Counted from the first letter of the stretch, positions 44,922 to 54,622 are shown. The stretch is 64,000 nt of DNA from an uncultured Nitrososphaerales archaeon (GCA_963695855.1 CAVOHZ010000006.1:64001-128000); one strand, 5' to 3'. The notes: generated by a model not told the origin, from the letters alone. Translations and numbers: made by a program.

Positions 44922-46261
44922 AAATAATGCAAAAGATTTCTTATAATTTAAAATAAAACATTCCCAAGATGTCTAGAACTTATACAATAAACAAAGTGTA
45001 TCTACACAGAATGATTATGCACTATATATTTTATGTTTTTGAACATGGCATTTTTCAGTACAAAAATAGTCTATGAATATATAACATAGAATTGGATTTT
45101 CCTGAATACTTTTTCCGCAAGTATTGCAATATAAAAATGTCTTAGTAACAAATACTTTATTATTAATGATATTATCTGTGAATTTCTGCATTTATGTTCC
45201 AATCACTTCCATTTATCATTGAATCTGGTCCAAATACATAAAATCTACCATTTTCAACAGTAAGAAAAGTCTCATTTACCTTTGAATTATTATTACCATC
45301 ATAATCAGTTTTACTACAATGAAGGTTTAATAATCCTAAGATTCTCATATGATATACTTAATTTATAATTATTAAAGTTTTTTTATCCTTTTTTATATTA
45401 ACAACAATCCAAAGACAATAGACATCAAGGAAAAAATTGCTATTTTTTCGGCGCCGAAAAAATAGAAATAGAATATTTGATGACATTATCGAATAAGATG
45501 GAATGATATGGCTCAGATTCTACCCATCCTATTATCATTAGATCGTTTTTCTTTGTGTAATGATATAATTATATCGTATTTGTGTTATTTATGATATTTG
45601 GTAGTAAAAAATATAAAATATTTTTTCATTATATGTATTATCGATAATAATTTAGCTCACGTACAATCTATTGGGATATCTGTAGACCGATCCATCTCTT
45701 GTTTATTTGGGTATACATAGTATGAATTTGTCTCTTCGTAATTGGTACGATTCTAACACCATCTGCATGTTAGTCCAATAAAAGGGAGCGCTCCTATTAG
45801 GGCTATCCCTACAATCATCCCTATGATGCAGATGTTGAATTTTGTTAATTTGAACATAACTCTTTATTCTCTTTAGAATAAAAAAAGATTTTCCACATCT
45901 GAAAATAGAGTTGTCTGTAAAGAAGTAACGTAATTCAGAACTTACAAGTAAGAAGACCAATAGAGTTATAAGATACTGTATTTTGGTGTCGTGATTTCAA
46001 TCCATCAATATATTTAAATATGTTAGAATTGTTATTAGTATTTTACTAAATTTATGGTAAAAATTCTATTATTCGGGTTCACCTTTTATCAATAGGGTTC
46101 AACTACATATTCCGCAAGCTGGTCGGGAGTAGTGCCCTCCATGTAGTAGGGTTCTACTACATTCTATATAGCTTTTTAAGAATACATTTACACATTATTT
46201 TGATTAGAGATTTGAATTAATTAATTAAATCTCTATTTATACAAAAGGTCTAACAGTATCA

Positions 46262-46972
46262 TTAAAGCAATCTTACAATTGCAAAACCAATTATAAAGCC
46301 CAAGATTGCACCAAAAGTAGGAAGCCACTTTCTGTCTTTATGTGCTTTAGGTATCATATCATAAAAGAGCATATAAAAAATACCTCCAGCAGATAATGCG
46401 AATATCAGTCCTATCATATAATGTAATCCTTGTAAAAAAAATAATCCTATTAATCCAAGAATAACAGGAATTATAGATATAACACCAATCGCATAAAGAG
46501 CTCTTCTTGAATCCTTGAATGCTGTTTTTCCAGTTCTCATCTCTTTATACGCAGCAATACCCTCAGGAATATTTTGTATCCCAATAAGTAATGCTATTGC
46601 TAAAGCTGGACCAGCTGCTATTGAAGCTCCTATAGCTAAAGATTCAGGTAGTGTATCTAAACCAATACCAATTAGTATATCCGCTCCTCCACCTTTACGT
46701 GTAGCTATCACATCAGCAATTGTAAATATGATAGAGCCAAAAATGAAAAATAAAAATGTTTGAATTACTCCAATTGATTTTTCTGCCTGAATTACCATTC
46801 CAAATATAGCAGCAGATATTAAAATGCCTGCTCCAAATGCAGTTAAAAATAAAATAACGGATGTGGAAAAATGTACATACTTTCCAATTATTGCACCAAT
46901 AAATGAAGTTCCACCAGCAATTAATGTGATACCAATGACCATGAAAATATCAGTAAATGAAATAGCAGACAT
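46262..46972 (-). CDS. ZIP family metal transporter (GufA/ZupT-like)
   Basis: AFGAGILI, LDTLPESLAIG, IQNIPEG, AGGIFYM..DMIPKAH. Confidence 0.88.
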   Translation of the reverse strand: MSAISFTDIFMVIGITLIAGGTSFIGAIIGKYVHFSTSVILFLTAFGAGILISAAIFGMVIQAEKSIGVIQTFLFFIFGSIIFTIADVIATRKGGGADILIGIGLDTLPESLAIGASIAAGPALAIALLIGIQNIPEGIAAYKEMRTGKTAFKDSRRALYAIGVISIIPVILGLIGLFFLQGLHYMIGLIFALSAGGIFYMLFYDMIPKAHKDRKWLPTFGAILGFIIGFAIVRLL

Positions 46973-47337
46973 CTTATTCTAATAATTCAAATTAATATTA
47001 TATTATAAATTTAATTGGAAATAGTTTTCAAGTTAAAATTTACTAATCTATTTTTAGGTTATGATTTTACTTGATAACTTTTATCAAGAAATTATAGTCT
47101 AATGTGTTAGTAAAGAAGATAATATTAAAGATTTATGTTTAAATTTTGATATCTTCTCACGAGATAATAATGCCTTTATTTTATGAAAATACATTTGAGA
47201 ATTTCAATCCTTGAGCGGGAACATTATGCTCGCTTCCAATCCAACTGATTGATTTAGTCATAAGTTAAAATTCGACTATTATCAAGAAATAAACTTTTTG
47301 ATATTTTTAGTTCCAAAATTCGGTTTATAGTTTTCAT

Positions 47338-47565
47338 CTCGTAATCCTATAATAGTTCTATTAAAACTGATCCCATATAGACAAATATCCAGCAGTAGCA
47401 ACACTTCCAATCCTATAATAGTTCGTTTAAAACTATATTTCGAATTTACATTTGCGTAGCTGAATCTTGCTTTAAATCCTATAATAGTTCGATTAAAACT
47501 ACAGTTATGACCTTAAACTCTATGTCTTTAACCTCCTTTCAATCCTATAACAGTTCGATTAAAAC
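47338..47565 (-). CRISPR. Orphan CRISPR mini-array: 4 repeats (30 bp), 3 spacers (36 bp)
   Basis: Repeats at 47338-47367, 47404-47433, 47470-47499 and 47536-47565 with an exact 66-bp period; minus-strand consensus GTTTTAATCGAACTATTATAGGATTGAAAG; unique spacers; most degenerate repeat is at the left. Confidence 0.9.
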
Positions 47566-47622
47566 TTGAACACGATGAATTACGATTATTACAATTACAA
47601 TCCTTATCTAATGATTCGTTAA

Positions 47623-47835
47623 TTATTTATTTGGATCTTTAAAATCCTGTACAAATTCAAACTTGTTCAAGTCATAACTCATAAATTTGCTATAACAGTT
47701 AATACATAATTTTCTCTTATTCGCTACATCAATTTTTCCTTCGTTAAATCCCTTCCTGCAGTACCTATTGTCACATGTAAACACTTCATTATAATTTACC
47801 CAAATATCGTCAATTGACTCTGGATACATCGTCAT
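47623..47835 (-). CDS. Small Cys4 zinc-finger protein (copy 2), directly upstream of the mini-array
   Basis: CDNRYC...CINC; intact in both copies despite substitutions. Confidence 0.75.
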   Translation of the reverse strand: MTMYPESIDDIWVNYNEVFTCDNRYCRKGFNEGKIDVANKRKLCINCYSKFMSYDLNKFEFVQDFKDPNK

Positions 47836-47909
47836 ATTATAATAAATTTATCAGACCAATTAAAAAAGTTTGTCTTAGAATTTTTTAATCCTAACCCAGT
47901 TAGCTAATA

Positions 47910-48056
47910 ATGTCAGCAGTAAATTCTATAATTACTTTTGGAGCTATAGCACTTATCGGTTATATTCTTTATAATAAATTCTTTCCAGGTCAGGGTATTG
48001 ACCAGATACTTCAGGGTATAGGCTCTTATTCCTTTTGGATTAATTTTCCTAGATAA
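47910..48056 (+). pseudogene. 5' stub of the membrane-anchored metallophosphoesterase (duplicate of 26866..26981)
   Basis: MSAVNSIITFGAIALIGYILYNKFFPGQGIDQILQGIGS followed by unrelated sequence. Confidence 0.7.
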
Positions 48057-48389
48057 TGTCACACTATCTGTTTGAGTTGGATACGTATTTCTATCCCTGG
48101 TTATTAAAAGTTCTCTTTCACTATTGTTATAGTCTCTCACTATTATCTTGTGTTTATGAATTATTTTTATAACTTCTTTATAGTGTACATGACCATCGTG
48201 GCCATCACGGTTTCTGTGGTAAGGACCATCCTTTGGTAGTGGTTTGCAGTTTTTGTCTTTTGAAGGATCACATGGGTGGGGTTGTTGGTAGTGTTGTTCC
48301 TGGCTCTGTCTCATCTGCTCCTCAGGCAACACCAAAAGGACCAAAGAATTCAGAAGCACTTACATCTTCTCCAGCAGTTGTTTCAGCAG

Positions 48390-48592
48390 CAGGAGAAGTA
48401 AATCCATTATTGTTAATGATTGTATATGCTCTATCTGTATCTGTTGCTTTAATAAGTGTCACAATTCTATCAGTTAAAGTAATTACTACTAATATACAAG
48501 ATAAAATAATTTATTATACTAAATATCTGCCAAAAATAAGTGCTATAATATTGGCTATTATGGCTATAGCATTTGGATTTGGTTTAGTTTAA
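48390..48592 (+). pseudogene. C-terminal fragment of a membrane protein (possibly Ni/Co transporter-like)
   Basis: NPLLLMIVYALSVSVALISVTILSVK...YLPKISAIILAIMAIAFGFG; N-terminus missing. Confidence 0.4.
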
Positions 48593-48662
48593 TAACAATA
48601 TATATACACTTACTTTTTTATAGTAAATTTGAAATCTTTGGTTAGTGTATATGTTATTTAAT

Positions 48663-49058
48663 ATGAGTTCATTAGAAGCAGAAATTAAACGTAAACCTTA
48701 TACAGGAAAAGATCCAATGTCACCAGAAGAAATTCTCTCACATGAACCTACTGCTGTAAAACGAGATCCACATGATCAAATAATTGCGAAAGGAGGAAAG
48801 ACAGGGACTGATACAGAAGAAGCAAAAGAAATGTACAGAAAAAAAGGTATGACAAAAGTATATCCATCACAAGCAGAAATTAAACGTAAACCTTATACAG
48901 GAAAAGATCCAATGTCACCAGAAGAAATTCTCTCACATGAACCTACTGCTGTAAAACGAGATCCACATGATCAAATAATTGCGAAAGGAGGAAAGACAGG
49001 GACTGATACAGAAGAAGCAAAAGAAATGTACAGAAAAAAAGGTATGACAAAAGTATAG
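48663..49058 (+). CDS. Hydrophilic protein made of two identical ~62-aa units
   Basis: AEIKRKPYTGKDPMSPEEILSHEPTAVKRD...GMTKV twice; 195-bp period. Confidence 0.7.
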   Translation: MSSLEAEIKRKPYTGKDPMSPEEILSHEPTAVKRDPHDQIIAKGGKTGTDTEEAKEMYRKKGMTKVYPSQAEIKRKPYTGKDPMSPEEILSHEPTAVKRDPHDQIIAKGGKTGTDTEEAKEMYRKKGMTKV

Positions 49059-49141
49059 TAATGTAATAGTAGTAATAGAAAATTTTAAACTTTCATGATA
49101 TTTTTTTGTTCAATTGAATTGATTGATAATGTCAAATATCA

Positions 49142-49460
49142 AGAGCCTATCCGAAAACTTCTCCTCTCTTATATGTGATTCAAGCACAGACAAAATGTAA
49201 TATCGCAATATAGTTATCTTCCTTCTTTTCCCATCTAATCAATAATCGTCTGAATCGATTCATCCATGAATATGTTGTTGTTGGGTATTTGCTGTAGATG
49301 ATGGTGGTGGTGGTCTGCAAACCACTATACTCTGAAGAGTTGCTTTTGTCATCTTCATATCATGTCTATTAGCACCATCTACAGTAATTCCAAGAGGAAT
49401 GCCCTGACCCTCTACCAAGAGACTGCGTTTGGTACCTGATTTACTCCTATCTGTTGGTAT
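49142..49460 (-). mobile_element. IS5-family transposase 3' remnant with terminal sequence
   Basis: PTDRSKSGTKRSLLVEGQGIPLGITVDGANRHDMK; end motif agagcctatccgaaaac. Confidence 0.75.
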
Positions 49461-49620
49461 CGTATGGAAATTTCAGTACAATCAGATTTTTATCAATTGT
49501 ATAAGAATAACTAGAGATTTATATACTCTTAAAATAAATATTTGAAAATATAGTTTAGCTGGTAATACTATTAATAGATTTTATATATACTAATAGATAT
49601 TATATATTATAGAATGTATA

Positions 49621-50262
49621 ATGCGATATTTTGATAATAATGGTACTAATCTTTTATCCAATGAACATATCATGTTATTGTACGAAGATAAGAATAAGCG
49701 TAATGATTTTATCATAGATATTATTAATGAAGGATTAAAAAATGGTTGTTTATGTATATACGCATCTGTCGAGATAGACAATTCTAAAAGTATTTCACTG
49801 ATAGATAGTTTATCTTCTAGAATAATAAATTATGAAGAAAATATCAAGAATGAGAATCTAAAATTTATCAATTCTAAACCTTATTATTAATCTGCACTAA
49901 AAGGAGATTTAACACTATTTGAAAAGTTGAAATCAGAATTAGAATATATATTGTATAAGCGTCTTTCTGAAGGAAAAAAAGATAAAATACTAATCGTTGG
50001 CGATGTAGCTTGTAATTTATATGAGACTAGACATTTTAAAGAATGTATAGATGAAGAAAGATGGTGGCAGGAAGTTCATGCAGACTGGAAAAGAAACAAC
50101 AAAGATATTACTGTAGTGTGTCCTCATCCTAACTATGTCTTTAAGGCAGAATCATTGCAACAGATAAAGAATAAAATTAGTGCTAATCATACTATTACAA
50201 TTGATATAGAAAATGAATATTCGTTGCAATACTTCAAATCTTTTTGGATATTGTCTTTTTGA
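49621..50262 (+). pseudogene. MEDS-domain protein with in-frame TAA
   Basis: NEHIMLLYED...INEGLKNGCLCIYAS...PYY*SALKGD...EERWW...TVVCPHP; both ORF-track pieces are in the same frame. Confidence 0.75.
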
Positions 50263-50349
50263 TTCAGGTGCTTTTAATGCAAATAGAAAGTTCTTAACAG
50301 GATCGACATTATCCTCATAATTTTCTAATTCTGGTTGAATTTGCATCAA
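50225..50349 (-). pseudogene. N-terminal stub of a probable tyrosine integrase
   Basis: DPVKNFLFALKAPESKRQYPKRFEV resembles my recollection of Nitrososphaeraceae integrase N-termini; starts 42 bp from the att/tRNA; no catalytic domain. Confidence 0.6.
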
Positions 50350-50391
50350 TATTGTGTTGTTTTGGGCCTATATAAGTAGACATATATGACT

Positions 50392-50466
50392 TGGGCCCAG
50401 AGGGATTTGAACCCTCGACCAACTGCTCCGCAGGCAGCCATTCTATCCAAACTGAACTATGAGCCC
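50392..50466 (-). tRNA. tRNA-Arg(GCG)
   Basis: GGGCTCA TA GTTC AGTTTGGATA GAAT G GCTGC CTGCGGA GCAGT TGGTC GAGGG TTCAAAT CCCTC TGGGCCC A folds as a cloverleaf; no intron; CCA not encoded. Confidence 0.95.
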
Positions 50467-50522
50467 ACATCTGATAATAAAACAGTATAAACATGAATAT
50501 TTATAATATATACTCACTCATT

Positions 50523-50975
50523 TCATTTCATTTCATTTCTTCTATCCCAACATTCTTTACAGAGTTGACCTTTAATGTTCCATTTTGGCTTTGGATAGTA
50601 TCTAAAAAATTTTAGAGATCTGCTGCATATTGCGCAATAATTTCTTTCTTTTTGAAATTCATTCTCTTTATTATCATAGCATTTTTTACACAAGATGCTT
50701 TCATTATTCATATTCCATTGCCATCTAGGCTTGAACTTTTTGGAATCTGTCCCTATGTCCAATCCACAAATTGAACATCTATTTGCTTCTTTTTTCTGTC
50801 TCTCCTTTTCTTCCTGCTCTTTAATAACAAACTCCTTTGTCTTTGACGTATGACAATCACCGCATATAAAGCCTTGAATCTTCCAATCTTTTGAAGGTTT
50901 ATACTTGTGTTTTAACTGAGTTTTACATACAGAACAAAATTCAATCTTTCTTTTCCATAAATGAAAAACTGCCAT
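50523..50975 (-). CDS. Triple zinc-ribbon repeat protein
   Basis: Three units of CxxC...YKP/FKP/YYP..W.I.G.LCxxC. Confidence 0.75.
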   Translation of the reverse strand: MAVFHLWKRKIEFCSVCKTQLKHKYKPSKDWKIQGFICGDCHTSKTKEFVIKEQEEKERQKKEANRCSICGLDIGTDSKKFKPRWQWNMNNESILCKKCYDNKENEFQKERNYCAICSRSLKFFRYYPKPKWNIKGQLCKECWDRRNEMK

Positions 50976-51130
50976 TCACCTTGTTGTTATAGATATTATA
51001 TTTCGGCTTTATATTTATAAATCAATGTGGTTTACAAGTGTCTCAAACCAAAATGGAGAATTCATTTATTCTTTTTGGAGATTCTCTTTTTATCACCTGA
51101 TACATAAAGATAATATATTAAATACATACA

Positions 51131-51739
51131 TTGACTCTATTATTTTTGAATAAGGGTCGATTAATTGTATTAGAGGGAATGGATAAGGCAGGCAAAGGAA
51201 CTCAGTGCAAATTATTAAATGAATATCTAAATAAAAATGGTAAAAAAAGTCAGGTTTTAGATTTCCCTGATTATACTACCACTCTTGGAAAAGAAATCCG
51301 AAAATTTTTGGGTGGAAAGAATCATTTTCCTTTGGAAGTTCAGCATATGTTGTTATCTGCAAATAGGTGGGAAAAAAAGGAAACAATATTGAATATTCTC
51401 AATGCAGGAACTACAATTATTATGGATCGTTATTATCAATCAAATCTTGTTTATGGTCTCTCTAATGGATTGGATCTAGATTGGTTGGCCAATCTTGATA
51501 AAGGTTTACCTAAAGAAGATCTGGTTATAATATTAGAAATAAGTTCTAATACGTCTAATAAAAGAGTAATTAATCATAGAGATATTTTTGAAAAAAATAA
51601 TAATCTTTTAATAAAAGTGAAGAAAAATTATCAAAAGTTAGCCCATATTTATGGATGGTACATAATTGATGGCGAGCGAAGTATAAAAGATGTTCATCAA
51701 AACATATGTAACCTATTGAGAAGCGAAATAAATATATAA
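51131..51739 (+). CDS. tmk: Thymidylate kinase
   Basis: LIVLEGMDKAGKGTQ, LLSANRWE, MDRYYQSNLVYG. Confidence 0.93.
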   Translation: MTLLFLNKGRLIVLEGMDKAGKGTQCKLLNEYLNKNGKKSQVLDFPDYTTTLGKEIRKFLGGKNHFPLEVQHMLLSANRWEKKETILNILNAGTTIIMDRYYQSNLVYGLSNGLDLDWLANLDKGLPKEDLVIILEISSNTSNKRVINHRDIFEKNNNLLIKVKKNYQKLAHIYGWYIIDGERSIKDVHQNICNLLRSEINI

Positions 51740-52562
51740 CATATTCTATTTTTATTATTTTGTATATACAATTTTGTATGTAGAATACAGATCTTTAATT
51801 TTCTGCAAATGCTATTGACACCTCCCACGCAAGATTTATCATTTTATTTTTAAAAATTCACGACGTTTTTTTTTTGCATCTTTTTTTATTTCTAGAAATG
51901 TTATATATTCTCTTTCGAGACTTCGTCTTATCGAATTGGCAGTAACTTCCTAATGCTCCTTTCAAAAGATCAAAAGAATTAGCTAGATAACTGAAAGAAT
52001 ATTGTTTTTAATTTGTATATTTCTAAATCATGTTTTCTCTAAAACTTCATATAAATTGCTCTCTTGCCTGAATTATATTCCGACAGAGAACCTTCGGGCA
52101 TAATAGACGGAATAAATTTTAAAATATTCCTCATTATTTAACATAAAGAAAGACCATTTTCTGACTTTCCGCGTACTGTAATTCAAATGCCACCCTTTGG
52201 CATAATCATTTATTAATAGATTCAAGAGTTTCTATTGGTTTTGTGAATAACACTAGTGACCATTGACATACAAATCCGGAAAATTTTGTTCACTAAACAA
52301 TTCTCTCTGCATCCAATTCTAAAAAATCGACTTTAGGTAATCGGATTTCTCTTTTGATGTACTAAATTCGTTTTAACATCGAAAAAAACAGTGACGATTG
52401 AGTAAAAATATTTGTATCACAATTTTAAAAAAGTAATTCATTATATCGATGCCAAATCTCTATTTTTAATACTCACTTGACTGTATGAATGATGGTGGGG
52501 TCTGACCGAAAAATGACACAATGACGTAAAAATGACGGAAAAATGACGATCGAATAAACTGT

Positions 52563-54224
52563 ATGACGATATGCGCAAAATATAAATACTTGGTTTTTTC
52601 TTCATGGGACAGAAACACAAGAATGTTAGATTACATAAAGTCATCAATTATTCAAGCATGGGCTATGGGAAAGCAAAGAGATTCAATCGCGTCAGAATTC
52701 AATGTCGCGACAGGTACTGTGTCGAACATTATCTCCGAGTGGAAAAATAGGATTGGTTATTACGACGCAGATAGTATTAGAGAACTGGCGATAGGTATGA
52801 AAAATGCAGAAATTACACCTGAAGACTGTCTTACAGGTTTGAGGATTTCATGTCTGATCGATAAATTTGGCATAGACCCAGAACAATTTGAATATTTCTT
52901 AAATAAAACATATGATGAATGTATTGCCCAAGGAGTACGTCCACAGGATCTAGCGAGACTCGTGAAAGAAATAAATTCCCTTCAAAGGATAAGCTACCAC
53001 TCGATTAACGACATTCCCAAAATTATCAAAGAGAGACTCGGCGAAAAACGCAAGCTAGATTTCCAAATTTATAAGAAAAGAAATGAAATCAATAATTTGA
53101 ACGATGAAAAAGTACGAAGGGAAAAAGATATAGAGGATTTGCAAAATCAGTATGAATCATGCAGGCAAAAGAATAAAGATCAGGAAAAAAATTTTTTGCT
53201 TTTAGAGGATATGAAAGACGAGTTACAAAAAAATAATATTCCTATACAGTTCTTAAAACCTATGATTAACTTAATGACGACTTTTAGGAACGATTTTAAT
53301 TTTCATCCTATGAAAATTTTTGACGCATTTATAAATATTGGAAATTATCAATTATACTGCAAGGACAAGAATAACGAATTAAAAGAGATAGATTCCAGGG
53401 TCAAACGTTCAGAGGCAATGCTTGCTAGGATTGTAGAAGATATATCTTCATACCAGATAAAAGAATTGGCTCAAATTGAATTAGAGAACATGGAATTTGA
53501 TTCATCAGATTTCAAAAGATTGTATCAAGTGATTCAAAAAATTGCAGATGATTACGGGAGAGACAAGGGACAAGTAAAAACCATATTATTTGGATTACTG
53601 TATGAAATCCGTGATCTATTTCGTTTACAAAAAATGAAAGTGGAAAAACAAGATGAAATTTCCGTTCTAGATAAGGATATAACTTCAAAACGAGATATAT
53701 TAAGTGCTCAACTCAAAGTATTTTCTATTTTCAAGTTTTTGCTAGAAAATGCAGTTACCGAAGATCAAATCCTGTCAATGTTAAATGTATTTATAAAAGA
53801 CTTTCAAAATCAAAAGACAAGGCCCAGCAATATTAACGAGTACCTTGAAGGTCTGTCAAAAGACTTGGAAAAAAATCAAACTGTAAAGAATACTTTAAGA
53901 AGTTTGAATTTTAAGGTGGTGTTTGAGGAATCCAAGATTAATAGATTATCTACATATAAATCCAATCTAGAAAGTTTTATCTACTTGTCGGTTATCGCTA
54001 TTTATATCCACTACATTCTATTAAAGTTACGAAATAGACAGATGCAAAAAAGGTCTATCGAAATTCTTTCTGGGCAGTACGTATGGTATTTACTTCTTTT
54101 CTATTATGTGACAAAAGCAAGTACAATTATCTCAAAGACAAGAATAAATGCAAAAAACAAAAATGGGAAAAAAATTGCAAAGAGAAAGAAGAATAAAGAT
54201 AATACTAAAAGAATCGTTGTATAA
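52563..54224 (+). CDS. N-terminal HTH plus long coiled-coil protein (Nitrososphaeraceae family)
   Basis: IIQAWAMGKQRDSIASEFNVATGTVSNIISEWK HTH; heptad-rich middle; start possibly ATG 52623. Confidence 0.7.
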   Translation: MTICAKYKYLVFSSWDRNTRMLDYIKSSIIQAWAMGKQRDSIASEFNVATGTVSNIISEWKNRIGYYDADSIRELAIGMKNAEITPEDCLTGLRISCLIDKFGIDPEQFEYFLNKTYDECIAQGVRPQDLARLVKEINSLQRISYHSINDIPKIIKERLGEKRKLDFQIYKKRNEINNLNDEKVRREKDIEDLQNQYESCRQKNKDQEKNFLLLEDMKDELQKNNIPIQFLKPMINLMTTFRNDFNFHPMKIFDAFINIGNYQLYCKDKNNELKEIDSRVKRSEAMLARIVEDISSYQIKELAQIELENMEFDSSDFKRLYQVIQKIADDYGRDKGQVKTILFGLLYEIRDLFRLQKMKVEKQDEISVLDKDITSKRDILSAQLKVFSIFKFLLENAVTEDQILSMLNVFIKDFQNQKTRPSNINEYLEGLSKDLEKNQTVKNTLRSLNFKVVFEESKINRLSTYKSNLESFIYLSVIAIYIHYILLKLRNRQMQKRSIEILSGQYVWYLLLFYYVTKASTIISKTRINAKNKNGKKIAKRKKNKDNTKRIVV

Positions 54225-54445
54225 CTGGTTTCAAAGTATAACTGTTAGATACTTATCAATCATATAATAATGAAAAAGATTGTTTAAACGAGTTATGCAA
54301 CAAAGCAGTAGTAAACTATCATTAATATTGTATCTTTTTCCTCATTGCGATTTATCATTTTCGTATCTCTAAAATTTCATATTCGACCCTTTTGTTCTCT
54401 TTTATAAGTATTTAACAGTATATAGTGATAACGTCATATTATAGA

Positions 54446-54622
54446 CTATAGACGAATGCCTGAAGCATACCAATTTCCGTGGGACGCTTCTTGAAATACT
54501 ATTATCACTTCTTCTTTGTTTACATGTAATATCTTAACTATATCATCCGTCAATGCTTCTGCAAGTCTATCTTTTTCTTTCTGTGTTCTACCACTATACA
54601 TTGATACTGTTATTATTGGCAT
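54446..54622 (-). CDS. 4-oxalocrotonate tautomerase family protein
   Basis: MPIITVSMYSGRTQKEKDRLAEALTD...NWYASGIRL*; catalytic Pro1 and GRT motif; below the ORF-track cutoff. Confidence 0.9.
   Translation of the reverse strand: MPIITVSMYSGRTQKEKDRLAEALTDDIVKILHVNKEEVIIVFQEASHGNWYASGIRL

Larger units (their letters stand above)
25860..50412. mobile_element. tRNA-Arg-integrated genomic island (~24.5 kb, decaying)
   Basis: 22-bp direct repeats matching the tRNA 3' end, integrase-like stub next to the tRNA, dense IS and pseudogene content. Confidence 0.85.

Noticed and set aside
46070-46165. Clustered GGGTTC motifs and the atgtagtag-ggtt-ctactacat hairpin (similar hexamers near 25895, 25982, 34791)
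   Set aside because: Could be integrase arm sites, but too short to support.
47368-47535. Self-targeting by the mini-array spacers
   Set aside because: I found no convincing protospacer in this window by eye; a real search is needed.
47913-48359. 148-aa minus-strand ORF as an intact gene
   Set aside because: Chimeric: its 3' part is the antisense of the duplicated module and its 5' part looks like a broken fragment.
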